Source: Candidatus Aenigmatarchaeota archaeon
Lineage (GTDB): Archaea > Aenigmatarchaeota > Aenigmatarchaeia > GW2011-AR5 > JACRMX01
Length of the DNA stretch: 56,175 bases
Direction: 5' to 3'
NCBI GenBank assembly: GCA_018304635.1
Contig: JAGVVW010000002.1
Span: 1 to 56,175 of the forward strand
Part shown: positions 17,217 to 27,127 of the stretch, piece after piece
How the letters are laid out: every line of letters starts with the position of its first letter
Numbering within the stretch: position 1 is the stretch's first letter
The notes under the pieces: model-generated
What the model saw: only the letters and a program-made list of their open reading frames with translations
Databases searched by the model: none
What the model was told of the DNA's origin: nothing
Program-made: the position numbers and the translations under genes

Positions 17217-17839
17217 AAGAAAAAGTTCTGGTTTTAAGTCCTCACACAGATGATGGAGAAATCGGAGCTGGTGGAACTATTGCAAAATTTATAGAAAACG
17301 GGGGTGAAGTTTTTTACGCGGCATTCTCAACATGTGAAAAATCAATATCAGAGGAGTTTCCAAAAGATATACTAAAGTCAGAAGTTAGAAAAGCAACAGC
17401 TGTCCTTGGGATTAAGCCGGAGAATTTAAATATACTTGATTATCCTGTACGAGAATTCAGCTCAAGAAGACAGGAAATACTTCAGGAAATGATAGATATT
17501 AATAAAAAAATAAATCCGGATATTGTTTTTACTCCCTGCTCAAATGACACACATCAGGATCATGAAGTAATCTCCAGAGAATCATTCAGAGCTTTCAAAA
17601 AAACCAGCATTCTTGGTTATGAAGAACCGTGGAATTGCCGCGTAATTAAGTCTGATATATTTGTTACACTTTCTGAATCAAATATTAATAAAAAAATCAT
17701 GGCTCTTAAAGAATATGAATCACAGAAAAGGGATTACTTAAATCATGAATTCATACGAAGCCTTGCAAAAGTCAGGGGTACCCAAATTGGAAAGTCATTG
17801 GCAGAAACCTTTGAGGTGATAAGGTGGATAATAAAGTAA
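17213..17839 (+). CDS. PIG-L/LmbE-family de-N-acetylase
   Basis: VLSPHTDDGEIGAGGTIAK and the HQDHEV zinc-binding motifs. Confidence 0.8.
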   Translation: MKEKVLVLSPHTDDGEIGAGGTIAKFIENGGEVFYAAFSTCEKSISEEFPKDILKSEVRKATAVLGIKPENLNILDYPVREFSSRRQEILQEMIDINKKINPDIVFTPCSNDTHQDHEVISRESFRAFKKTSILGYEEPWNCRVIKSDIFVTLSESNINKKIMALKEYESQKRDYLNHEFIRSLAKVRGTQIGKSLAETFEVIRWIIK

Positions 17840-18498
17840 CAATCCATCAACCCAATTACATACCGTGGATTGGATTTTTCAATAAAATAAAAATGTCAGA
17901 CACCTTAATTATCCTTGATACGGTTGATTATAGTAAAAATAGTGTTCATAACAGGAATAAAATAAGGACACCAAAAAGCTGGATGTATTTGACCATACCC
18001 ATACCCAAGATTTATCACAGAAAACCCCTTTACGATGTCAGAATAGAAGATAATAAATGGATGTCCAAACACTGGAAAAGCATCTTGACAAATTACTCAA
18101 ACGCCGAACACTTCAAAAAGTACAAAGATTTTTTTGAAAACCTTTATAGTATGAAACATGAAAGCCTTGTTGAATTGAATGAAAAAATAATACATTATAT
18201 ATGCCAGGAACTTGGATTGAAACCCAGGATAATTAAATCTAGTGATATTGGAGTTGACCAAAATCTGAAAAAAACAGAGATGCTATTGAATATATTGAGA
18301 AAGGTCAATGCAACTACATACATATCCGGATCAGGCGGTAAGAAATATATTGACACGGATACATTCAAAAACATAAAACTCGAATTTCAGGATTTTACCC
18401 ATCCAGTATATAAACAATGTTTTGAAGGATTTATTCCAAACATGTCAATAATAGATATGCTTTTTAATAATGGCAAGGAATCATCAAAAATTATCTAG
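17824..18498 (+). CDS. WbqC-family protein (function unknown, glycan loci)
   Basis: The N-terminal IHQPNYIPWIGFFNKI...LDTVDYSKNSVHNRNKI pattern is typical of WbqC. It has a GTG start and overlaps the PIG-L gene by 16 nt. Confidence 0.7.
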   Translation: MDNKVTIHQPNYIPWIGFFNKIKMSDTLIILDTVDYSKNSVHNRNKIRTPKSWMYLTIPIPKIYHRKPLYDVRIEDNKWMSKHWKSILTNYSNAEHFKKYKDFFENLYSMKHESLVELNEKIIHYICQELGLKPRIIKSSDIGVDQNLKKTEMLLNILRKVNATTYISGSGGKKYIDTDTFKNIKLEFQDFTHPVYKQCFEGFIPNMSIIDMLFNNGKESSKII

Positions 18499-18506
18499 GT
18501 GACTAT

Positions 18507-19601
18507 ATGAAAATTGTATCAGTTATTGGAGCCAGACCGAATTTTGTAAAAATCATACCAATAATTAATGAATCACGAAAACGTGGCCATGAACATATCT
18601 TAGTTCACACAGGACAACATTATGATTTTAGAATGAGCCAGATATTTTTTCAAGAACTGAAACTACCAAAACCAGATTATAATCTTAATATAAAAGCCAA
18701 CCATAAACACGGTGAGCAAACTGCTGAAATTTTGAAAAAAACAGAAAATGTTTTGGAGAAAGAAAAACCTGATGTGGTCATTGTTGTTGGTGATACCAAC
18801 AGTAGTCTTGGCGGTGCTCTGGCTGCAAAAAAATTAAACATTAAGGTGGTTCATGTTGAAGCAGGACTCAGAGCATATGACTTATCAATACCTGAAGAAG
18901 TTAACAGAATATTAATAGATGTGTGTAGTGATTTTCTTTTTTGTCCTACAGACACAGCTGTAAAAAATCTTAAGAATAGTAAAGATATAACTGGAAAATT
19001 TTGGAATGTTGGAAACATTTCAATCGACACCCTAATCCAAAACAAAAACCTAATACCTGAATGGCCTGAAAAAGGATATTGTATTTTTACAACACACCGA
19101 CCTGTTAACGTAGATAGACCAAAACGTCTTGAATTATTAATAGAAATTATAAACAGTGTGTCAGAAATGATTAAAATTATATTTCCAATTCATCCGCGAA
19201 CGAAAAAAATGATGCAAAAATATAAACTTATAAGCAAAATTAAAAAAAATGTAAAAGTCATAGAACCTTTGGGTTATTTGGACTTTCATAGTCTCCTTAA
19301 TAATTCATCAATTGTTATTACAGACAGCGGAGGAATAATAGCAGAAGCATGTTATAGAGGCATACCATGTTTAATAATGCCACAAAGCCTAAAAAAAACA
19401 AATTACAATTTAACTGAATGGACTGAAACACTCGGAAGAAACAGCATTTTCATTGGTCTTGACCAAAAAATAGCAGTTGAAAATGTTAAAAACTTTTTGA
19501 GACAAACTAATAATGGAGAAAGGAAACTTAAAAATCCTTATCCTGGATGGAATGGTAATTCAAGTAAAAAAATTTTTGATATTTTGGAAGGTGAATTATG
19601 A
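18507..19601 (+). CDS. UDP-N-acetylglucosamine 2-epimerase, non-hydrolysing type (WecB/WbpI-like)
   Basis: IVSVIGARPNFVKIIPI, VVGDTNSSLGGALAA, HVEAGLR and ITDSGGIIAEA. Confidence 0.85.
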   Translation: MKIVSVIGARPNFVKIIPIINESRKRGHEHILVHTGQHYDFRMSQIFFQELKLPKPDYNLNIKANHKHGEQTAEILKKTENVLEKEKPDVVIVVGDTNSSLGGALAAKKLNIKVVHVEAGLRAYDLSIPEEVNRILIDVCSDFLFCPTDTAVKNLKNSKDITGKFWNVGNISIDTLIQNKNLIPEWPEKGYCIFTTHRPVNVDRPKRLELLIEIINSVSEMIKIIFPIHPRTKKMMQKYKLISKIKKNVKVIEPLGYLDFHSLLNNSSIVITDSGGIIAEACYRGIPCLIMPQSLKKTNYNLTEWTETLGRNSIFIGLDQKIAVENVKNFLRQTNNGERKLKNPYPGWNGNSSKKIFDILEGEL

Positions 19602-21010
19602 TTGATTGTGCTTTAGTTTATCCAACACCAAGCTTAGATAGTCCTGCAAAGGGACCAGCTCTCAGCATCTTTTATCCGGGTGTTGTTTTAGAAAAATCAG
19701 GATTTGAAGTTGAGTATTCTGACGAGCGATTTGACAATAGACAGCATACTGAAAAATTGATAAAGAATAGTCTTGTTATCGGTGTATCCAGTATGACAGG
19801 ATTCCAACTCGGTGAAGCTCAACGAATACTTAAAACAGCAAAAGAGATAAACCCGAATATTATAACACTTCTGGGCGGCGTTCATCCATCAATGCTTCCC
19901 GACCAGTGTATTAGAGAGAGTTTCATCGATGTTGTCTGCGTTGGTGAAGGAGAAAGAACATTGTTGGAATTTATGAAGTGTATTAAAAAGAAAAAGAGTC
20001 TGAAAAATGTAAAAGGAATATTATGGAAGAATAATGGAAATATTATAAAAAATGAAAAAAGAGAATTGGTTGATATAAATAAAATACCATGGCCCGTCAC
20101 AAAAAAAAACAGGCATTATTTTAAAATAGCAGCAGACGCCAGTCAAATACGTTTGCTCTCAAGCAGGGGTTGCCCTCATAAATGTAGGTTTTGTTATAAT
20201 CAGATATTCAATAGAAGTACATGGAGACCGATGAACATCAAAAAACTGGAAAATGAACTGGATGCATATATCAGTGAATTCAAAATAAAAAAAATAATAC
20301 TGGGTGATGACAATATCGGACCTGTCAAAGAAAGAATCAAGAAAATATGCGGCTTAATGGAAGAACGGGGAATAACATGGCACACAGGAATACGTTGTGA
20401 ATACATAACAGATGAAATAGCCCAGACTCTTGATAAGAGTGGCTGCAGTAGCTTATTCTTTGGAGTTGAAAGTGGATCAAATAGAATATTAAATGAAATT
20501 ATAGGTAAAGGATATCCAGGTGGTGTAGAAAACATCAAGAACTGCGCTAGAATAATGAGCAAAACAAACATCACTGGAATGTATAGTTTCATGTGCGGTC
20601 TTCCTACAGAAACTATAAAAGAACTCATAATGAGTATGGAACTCGCAGACTGGATAAAGGAAACTGATAAAAATGCCAGAATAAGCTTTTATGTTTATGC
20701 TCCTTATCCAGGAACATCTTTATATAAAGAAGCAATTGAACAGGGATTTCAGGAACCATGTACAATTGACGAATGGACAAGAATTACACTTAGCAGCGAA
20801 CGTAACCCTAAAATGGAAAATTTATATTACATATCTGGTCTGAATTTCAGAAAGGATAAAACCGGACAAAATTTTCCAGGTTTGAAAAGATTTAGCATAA
20901 AACCATTTGAACTATCAGCATCATTGAGATGGAAAACCAGAATAACAGGATTTTACTGGGAAAAAAGAATTATAAAATATCTTCTTGCAAAAGCCTCAAA
21001 AGGCGATTAA
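19598..21010 (+). CDS. B12-binding-domain radical SAM protein (paralogue 1)
   Basis: N-terminal Rossmann-like B12-binding region (VIGVSSMTGF...LLGGVHPS...VCVGEGE), then the cluster motif SSRGCPHKCRFCYN. Confidence 0.8.
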   Translation: MIDCALVYPTPSLDSPAKGPALSIFYPGVVLEKSGFEVEYSDERFDNRQHTEKLIKNSLVIGVSSMTGFQLGEAQRILKTAKEINPNIITLLGGVHPSMLPDQCIRESFIDVVCVGEGERTLLEFMKCIKKKKSLKNVKGILWKNNGNIIKNEKRELVDINKIPWPVTKKNRHYFKIAADASQIRLLSSRGCPHKCRFCYNQIFNRSTWRPMNIKKLENELDAYISEFKIKKIILGDDNIGPVKERIKKICGLMEERGITWHTGIRCEYITDEIAQTLDKSGCSSLFFGVESGSNRILNEIIGKGYPGGVENIKNCARIMSKTNITGMYSFMCGLPTETIKELIMSMELADWIKETDKNARISFYVYAPYPGTSLYKEAIEQGFQEPCTIDEWTRITLSSERNPKMENLYYISGLNFRKDKTGQNFPGLKRFSIKPFELSASLRWKTRITGFYWEKRIIKYLLAKASKGD

Positions 21011-22613
21011 AATGACTGGAAAGTGTAAATACAAAAATATAGATAATAAAGCCGTGAGATGGACAAAAGAATTCTCCTGGAAAAAAATAATAGACGGAAA
21101 AAACCTGGTTGAATTTTTAGAATACGAAAACACATCTCTCTGGTGGTCTATTGATATATACAATCTCACAACAAATATAATACGAGCAGTAGAATCTGAT
21201 AGAATAGATGAAATTATAGACAAAAAAAAATATTCCAAAAAAATAAAACCACTGAAACAGTGCAAAAGAAAGTTGAGAAGAGAAATTTCAAAATATATGA
21301 ACATATGTCAGAAAGAAAAGGTAACAAACCGTGAAAAAATTATTTTATTGTCAAACAATTCATTCTGGAGAAGCATAATTACAGAAAACGGCATGAAAAA
21401 ACACGACATCGCCTTTCATTATCTTATAGATAAAATTCAGGAGTATGATATCATAGGCCTGGATTTTGACACAACACGATCAATACCGATTGGAAATCTT
21501 ATAGAGAAAATCAGGGATAAAAAAATATTCTGGAAACTGGAAGAAGGCTACGTAGATAAAGACATAGAACAAAAAACAAACATATGGGAAAATATTCTTA
21601 AAGAAAGATGGAACAGACTGAGTGAAAACATGCATGCAAGAAATTCATTTACATATAATCAGATAAATATTTGGGATTTTATAAAAGGAAGATTGGAATA
21701 TATTTTTCTGATAAAGTTGCCAGAAGCTGTCAGAAACATAGAAATAATGAAAAGAATATTAGAAGAGGAAAATCCTAAAGCTGTCATTCTGAGTTATGAA
21801 ACCGGATCCATTGGAAGGGCAGCTTGTTACGCTTCGAAAATTAAAAAAATAAAGTCCATAGCGCTTCAGCATGGAGAATTGGGCATGTCTGATTATTACC
21901 ATACAAAAAATGAAATATCAGGTAAACTTTCGTGTCCAATACCCGATAAAACATGTGTTTATGGAAGTCTCTATAAAAAAATCTTGTTAAACTGTCTCTA
22001 TCCAAAAAATAAAATAAGCGTGGTGGGAAAACTCCAGTTAGATGCCTTTAAAAATTTACATTCAGACAGAAAACTGTTATGTAAAAAAATGAATCTGGAC
22101 CAGATGAAAAAAATTATCGTTTTTGCGTCTCAGCCACTTAATAAGAATCTGAATAACAAGATTGTGTTCGGAGTTATAAATGCAGTAAATAAAATAAAAT
22201 ATGCTGAACTCGTAATAAAAATTCATCCCGGTGAAAATCAGAATTTCTATGACAACATTATTAAAAACAATTCAAAAAACATATCTCTGGCAAAAGACAT
22301 TGATATACTTGGAATATTATGTCTGTCTGATATTTTAATAACAAAACATTCAACAGTAGCTATAGAAGCTGCTGCACTTGGAAAACCTGTTATAATATTT
22401 AACCCGTCAGGAGAACCTGACCCCATCAGTTATGTAAAGGATGGAATTGCTTTAGGAGCTTACAACGAACTTGAACTGAAAAAAAAACTAACAGATTTAC
22501 TGTATAACAAGAAAATTTCAAACTCATTTGAAAAACAGAGAAATGAAGCAATTAAAAAATATATTTATAAAAATGATGGAAAAACTGCTGAACGCATAGC
22601 TAAATTAATTTAA
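20985..22613 (+). CDS. GT-B-like transferase with an HP motif (TagF/KpsS/sialyltransferase-like); candidate nonulosonic-acid or phospho-sugar transferase
   Basis: The C-terminal half reads IIVFASQPL...AELVIKIHPGEN...DILITKHSTVAIEAAALGKPVIIFN, a Rossmann-like pattern with a conserved His-Pro. The likely start is ATG 21012, just after the upstream stop. The family assignment is tentative. Confidence 0.45.
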   Translation: MQKPQKAIKMTGKCKYKNIDNKAVRWTKEFSWKKIIDGKNLVEFLEYENTSLWWSIDIYNLTTNIIRAVESDRIDEIIDKKKYSKKIKPLKQCKRKLRREISKYMNICQKEKVTNREKIILLSNNSFWRSIITENGMKKHDIAFHYLIDKIQEYDIIGLDFDTTRSIPIGNLIEKIRDKKIFWKLEEGYVDKDIEQKTNIWENILKERWNRLSENMHARNSFTYNQINIWDFIKGRLEYIFLIKLPEAVRNIEIMKRILEEENPKAVILSYETGSIGRAACYASKIKKIKSIALQHGELGMSDYYHTKNEISGKLSCPIPDKTCVYGSLYKKILLNCLYPKNKISVVGKLQLDAFKNLHSDRKLLCKKMNLDQMKKIIVFASQPLNKNLNNKIVFGVINAVNKIKYAELVIKIHPGENQNFYDNIIKNNSKNISLAKDIDILGILCLSDILITKHSTVAIEAAALGKPVIIFNPSGEPDPISYVKDGIALGAYNELELKKKLTDLLYNKKISNSFEKQRNEAIKKYIYKNDGKTAERIAKLI

Positions 22614-22653
22614 GCTATATTTATATTTTTAATTCATTTTTATTTTACATGGG

Positions 22654-23358
22654 GTGATAAAAATGAATAAACCAATAATTCTGGGCATAATACCAGCACG
22701 TGGCGGATCAAAAGGCGTTATTAGAAAAAACCTGAAGCTGTTGGCAGGCAAACCACTTATAACGTATACAATAGAAGCTGCAAAAAAATCCCGGCTTTTG
22801 GACAGGTTTGTTGTTTCAACAGAAGACAAGGAAATTGCGGAAGTATCAAGAATGAATGGCGTAGAAGTTATTAACCGCCCCGTGGAATTAGCATCAGATC
22901 ATACACCGACAGAACCTGTTTTGCAGCATGTTGTAAAAGAATTAGAAAAAAAAGGATTCAAAACGGATATTATAGTAACTCTCCAGCCAACCTCTCCATT
23001 ACGAAAACCAGAAGATATTGATATGGTAATAGAATATCTGATTAAGTCAGATTCTGATTCTGTGATTACTATCAGTAATGTTGATTATCACCCGTGGTGG
23101 ATGAGAAAACTAGAAGGAGATAAAATTCTGCCGTTTATTAAACTGGAAAATGAACCAAAAAGACGCCAGGACCTGCCAAAAGTCTACAAAGAAAATGGTG
23201 CTGTTTTTGTAACAAAAAGAGATGTTCTCATGAATCAAAACAGTATATACGGAAACAATGTAAAAGGAATTATAATGGATGAAATAAGATCAATAGATAT
23301 TGATACAGAAAAGGACTTCATAATAGCTGAAACTATTTTAAAGAAGGGATTGGTTTGA
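22654..23358 (+). CDS. neuA: Acylneuraminate (nonulosonate) cytidylyltransferase, CMP-NulO synthetase
   Basis: ILGIIPARGGSKGVIRKNLKLLAGKPLITYTIEAA, then LQPTSPLR. This is the CTP_transf_3 signature. Confidence 0.85.
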   Translation: MIKMNKPIILGIIPARGGSKGVIRKNLKLLAGKPLITYTIEAAKKSRLLDRFVVSTEDKEIAEVSRMNGVEVINRPVELASDHTPTEPVLQHVVKELEKKGFKTDIIVTLQPTSPLRKPEDIDMVIEYLIKSDSDSVITISNVDYHPWWMRKLEGDKILPFIKLENEPKRRQDLPKVYKENGAVFVTKRDVLMNQNSIYGNNVKGIIMDEIRSIDIDTEKDFIIAETILKKGLV

Positions 23359-24389
23359 AAATAGGTAACAGATACTTAGGAGAAAATAAATCGGTTTTTA
23401 TTGTAGCTGAAGCTGGCGACAATCACAATGGTGATATAGAAATCGCAAAAAAATTAATAGAAGAAGCTCATAGAATAGGCGCAGACGCAATAAAATTTCA
23501 GACATGGAAGACAGAAAGAATAATGACAAAAAAATCTCCAGCAGCTGCTTACCAGAAGAATTTTGCAAAGAATCAATTTGAAATGGCAAAAAAACTGGAG
23601 TTAAGAGAAGATACATTCAGAGAATTGGCAAAATTTACAAAGAAAAAAGGTATTATTTTTCTTTCTACGCCGTTTGATGAAGAAAGCGTGGATTTTTTGG
23701 ATAGTCTGGTTCCTGCTTTCAAAATAGCATCTTCTGAAGTCACAAACACACCACTTTTAGAACACATCGCTAATAAGAAAAAACCAATAATACTTTCAAC
23801 CGGAATGAGCACCATGGAAGAAATTAGAGATGCAGTAGATATTATAAAAACCAGAACAACTGACATTATATTACTTCACTGTATTTCAAGCTATCCAACA
23901 AAAATATCAGATGTCAATATGAGAGTACTGAATACACTCAGGGAAAAATTCAATCTAAATATTGGATATTCAGACCACACAATAGGTATAGAGCCTGTTC
24001 TGATAGCGGTGTCACTTGGCGCAGTGTTAATAGAAAAACACTTTACTTTGGATAAAAATATGCAGGGCCCCGACCACAAGCTTTCATCAGACCCGGATGA
24101 ATTCAGAAAAATGATTGAACTTATAAGAAGAACGGAAAAAATTCTGGGATCTCCGGAAAAAAGAATCATTAATTCAGAAAAAGAAATAAGAAAGATAACC
24201 GGAAGAAGTATAGTAGCAAAAAAACCAATATCCAAAGGAACGGAAATAAGTATAGAAATAATTGATCTTAAAAGACCTTCAGGAGGACTAACAGCAAAAG
24301 ACTTAGAAAATGTATTGGGAAAAATAGCGCTGAAAAATATTGAGCAGGATGAAATAATTACATTTAAAAAATTAGGTGAGAAAAAATGA
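23355..24389 (+). CDS. neuB: N-acetylneuraminate/legionaminate/pseudaminate synthase family (NeuB-like) with C-terminal SAF domain
   Basis: FIVAEAGDNHNGD, DAIKFQT, STGMST, YSDHTIG, and a C-terminal SAF-like segment ISKGTEISIEIIDLKRP. It has a TTG start that overlaps the neuA stop. Confidence 0.85.
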   Translation: MKIGNRYLGENKSVFIVAEAGDNHNGDIEIAKKLIEEAHRIGADAIKFQTWKTERIMTKKSPAAAYQKNFAKNQFEMAKKLELREDTFRELAKFTKKKGIIFLSTPFDEESVDFLDSLVPAFKIASSEVTNTPLLEHIANKKKPIILSTGMSTMEEIRDAVDIIKTRTTDIILLHCISSYPTKISDVNMRVLNTLREKFNLNIGYSDHTIGIEPVLIAVSLGAVLIEKHFTLDKNMQGPDHKLSSDPDEFRKMIELIRRTEKILGSPEKRIINSEKEIRKITGRSIVAKKPISKGTEISIEIIDLKRPSGGLTAKDLENVLGKIALKNIEQDEIITFKKLGEKK

Positions 24390-25537
24390 GAAAAATAGCA
24401 GCCATAACAGGAACAAGAGCTGAATACGGTGTAATGAAAGACCTGTTTCAAAAATTAAACAACGACCCTGATATTGATTTTAAAATTATTATTACAGGAC
24501 AGCATTTGTTGTCTGAATTCGGAAATACTTTCAAAGAAGTTCAGAAAGATTTTCCAAATAATTATAAAGTAAAAAGTCATAGTGAAGAAGACAGCAGGAC
24601 ATCAATGGCTGTAGCACTTGGAAAATGTATAACTGGAATGGTAGGATGCTTTAAAAAAATAGACCCTGAATTTGTTCTGGTCACTGGAGACAGAGGAGAA
24701 GCTCTTGCAGCTGCAATAGCAGCTTCACATATGAATATACCTGTTGCTCATCTGACAGGCGGTGATATAACATCTGGTGGAACTATTGACAATTCCATAA
24801 GAATTGCTATAACCAGTTTTTCACATATTCATTTTCCTCCTACAAAAAAAAGCAGGGAAAATCTGATAAAAATCGGGGAAAGTCCATCAAGAATATTCCA
24901 CTTCGGAAATCCCGGACTTAATAAAAATTCAAATACTGAAGAAGAAATAAGGAAAAAATTCGGACTTGAAAAAAATGAAAGAGTTATTATTGTAATACAA
25001 CATCCTTTAACAACAGAAGCGGATAAATCTGAATATCAGATGAGAGAAACAATGGAAGCAATAAAGGAAATCAATAAGAAAACAATTATATTATATCCAA
25101 ATTCTGACTATGGAAATAGTTCTATTACAAAGGTAATAAAAGAATTTCAAGGATTTCCATTAATTGGAATAGAAAAAAATTTATCAAGAGAATATTTCTT
25201 CAGCCTGTTGAGTATAAGTAGTGTAATGGTAGGAAACTCAAGTGCAGCTCTGGTTGAATCACCAATATTCGGTATTCCTGTAGTAGACATAGGGATAAGG
25301 CAAAAAAACAGGGAAAAATCATTCAATGTAATAAACGTTCCGCATGATAGAAATGAAATAAAAAAAGCAATAGAAAGGTGCTTGTTTGATAAAAAGTTTA
25401 AAGAAAAGTGTAAAAAAGCAAGAAGTCCATATCAGGGTATAGATGTTGAAGATAAAATTATTAAGGTTCTTAAGAGAATAAGATTAGACAGAACTACTAT
25501 AAACAAAACAGAAGAAATAAAGGATGTCATGATATGA
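24386..25537 (+). CDS. neuC: UDP-sugar 2-epimerase, hydrolysing type (NeuC/LegG-like)
   Basis: AAITGTRAEYGVMKDL, VTGDRGEALAAAIAA, VAHLTGGDITSG and GNSSAALVESP. Confidence 0.8.
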   Translation: MRKIAAITGTRAEYGVMKDLFQKLNNDPDIDFKIIITGQHLLSEFGNTFKEVQKDFPNNYKVKSHSEEDSRTSMAVALGKCITGMVGCFKKIDPEFVLVTGDRGEALAAAIAASHMNIPVAHLTGGDITSGGTIDNSIRIAITSFSHIHFPPTKKSRENLIKIGESPSRIFHFGNPGLNKNSNTEEEIRKKFGLEKNERVIIVIQHPLTTEADKSEYQMRETMEAIKEINKKTIILYPNSDYGNSSITKVIKEFQGFPLIGIEKNLSREYFFSLLSISSVMVGNSSAALVESPIFGIPVVDIGIRQKNREKSFNVINVPHDRNEIKKAIERCLFDKKFKEKCKKARSPYQGIDVEDKIIKVLKRIRLDRTTINKTEEIKDVMI

Positions 25538-27123
25538 GTAAAATACTGCTTATTGACCCACCAACTACCAGATCTCTGGACTTTGGATCGGATAAATTAA
25601 GAGTAGGTGCTGTACCGCCTCTGGGACTGGCATATATAGCTGCTGTGCTGGAACAGAAGAAGCATGAAGTGAAAATTTTGGATTGCACTGCTGAAGGCAT
25701 TTTAGACGGTGAAAAAAAAATTGGAAATAAACTCAGATATGGTCTGTCTGATGAGGAAATTAAAAAATTTATTTCTAAATTCAATCCAGATGTTGCAGGT
25801 ATATCTTGCTTATTTTCTAATAAGCATTTTGATACACAAAATGTCGCAAGGATTGTAAAGGAAGTTAGCAAAGATATAGTAACAATAGCTGGAGGAATGC
25901 ACCCGACAGTAGCACCTGAAATGACACTCGAAGATGGCTATGTCGACATTGTGGTTTTAGGTGAAGGTGAATATACTTTCAGGAATTTAGTTAATGCTTT
26001 AAAGAAAAAAAAGGACATTTCAAGAGTTGATGGGATTGCATTCAAAAGAAATGAAAAAATTATAAAGATACCTAAAAAAACTTATATAGAAAATTTAGAT
26101 GAACTGCCGCTGCCTGCAAGACATTTATTGAAAATGGATATTTATTCAAAAATAGCATCTCCTCACAGCGGATTAAAAAGAACGCCATTTACATCAATGA
26201 TTACATCCAGAGGATGTCCAATAGGCTGTACTTTTTGCTCTCTGAGAGAATGTTGGGGAAATAGATTTAGACCGAGATCTCCAGACAAGGTTTTGGAAGA
26301 AATCGAAATACTAATCAGAGACTATGAAATAAAGGAAATACATTTTGAAGATGATAATCTCACACTTGATAGAAAAAGAGCTGAAAAAATATTTGATGGA
26401 ATAATTAGAAGAAACCTGGATATAACATGGAATGTGCCAAGCGGACTTTCAGTATTTGCACTTGATGGAAATCTATTGGAAAAAATGAAAGAGAGCGGCT
26501 GTTATGAAATATCAATTGCAATAGAATCAGGAGATCAGTGGGTTTTGAATACCCTGATGCGAAAACCAGTTGATTTAACCAAAGTTAAGCCTATTGTAGA
26601 TAAAGGAAGAAGCTTAGGATTCAAGGTTAAAGGCTTCTTTATCATAGGACTTCCAGGAGAAACCAAAGAGCATATAGAAAGAACTGTAAAATTTGCAGCA
26701 GAAACAGGACTTGACTGGGCTCATTTTTTTATAGCAACACCCCATCTGGGAACTGACTTATACAGACTATGTAAGGAAAAGGGATATATAGGTAAGTTGG
26801 ATATGGAAAAAAGTTTTTTCAGAGGAATCATAACAACACCGGAATTCAATCCAGAATATCTAGAAAAAGTAAAAGAAAGAGCTAATTATGATATTAATTT
26901 CAGGAATAATGTAAATATGAAAGAAGGAAAATATGACAGAGCAATAGAGCATTTCAAAAGTGTTGTAGATTTGTATCCCAAACTGACTTTTGCACGCTTT
27001 TTCCTGGCAGAAGCATATTTTAAAAAAGGAGATAAAAAGAATGCAATAAAAGAATTTGAAAAGGTTGTTGAACTTGATCCTCAAAATAAAGAAGCTCAGG
27101 AACGAATAAAAGAACTAAGGTAA
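25534..27123 (+). CDS. B12-binding-domain radical SAM protein (paralogue 2) with C-terminal TPR repeats
   Basis: VAGISCLFS...IAGGMHPT...VVLGEGE, then TSRGCPIGCTFCS. The C-terminal GKYDRAIEHFKSVVDLYPKLTFARFFLAEAYFKKGDKKNAIKEFEKVVELDPQNKEA is TPR-like. Confidence 0.8.
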   Translation: MSKILLIDPPTTRSLDFGSDKLRVGAVPPLGLAYIAAVLEQKKHEVKILDCTAEGILDGEKKIGNKLRYGLSDEEIKKFISKFNPDVAGISCLFSNKHFDTQNVARIVKEVSKDIVTIAGGMHPTVAPEMTLEDGYVDIVVLGEGEYTFRNLVNALKKKKDISRVDGIAFKRNEKIIKIPKKTYIENLDELPLPARHLLKMDIYSKIASPHSGLKRTPFTSMITSRGCPIGCTFCSLRECWGNRFRPRSPDKVLEEIEILIRDYEIKEIHFEDDNLTLDRKRAEKIFDGIIRRNLDITWNVPSGLSVFALDGNLLEKMKESGCYEISIAIESGDQWVLNTLMRKPVDLTKVKPIVDKGRSLGFKVKGFFIIGLPGETKEHIERTVKFAAETGLDWAHFFIATPHLGTDLYRLCKEKGYIGKLDMEKSFFRGIITTPEFNPEYLEKVKERANYDINFRNNVNMKEGKYDRAIEHFKSVVDLYPKLTFARFFLAEAYFKKGDKKNAIKEFEKVVELDPQNKEAQERIKELR

Positions 27124-27127
27124 TCTA

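Noticed and set aside
23891-24451. Long antisense ORFs from the track: 186 aa here, 148 aa at 32767-33213, 142 aa at 20200-20628, 128 aa at 15040-15426, 119 aa at 34575-34934 and many of 60-110 aa.
   Set aside because: Each lies opposite an ORF with clear family motifs (NeuB, PseB, radical SAM, oxidoreductase and so on). They have the low-complexity Ser/Phe/Ile/Leu-rich composition typical of the antisense frame of AT-rich genes.
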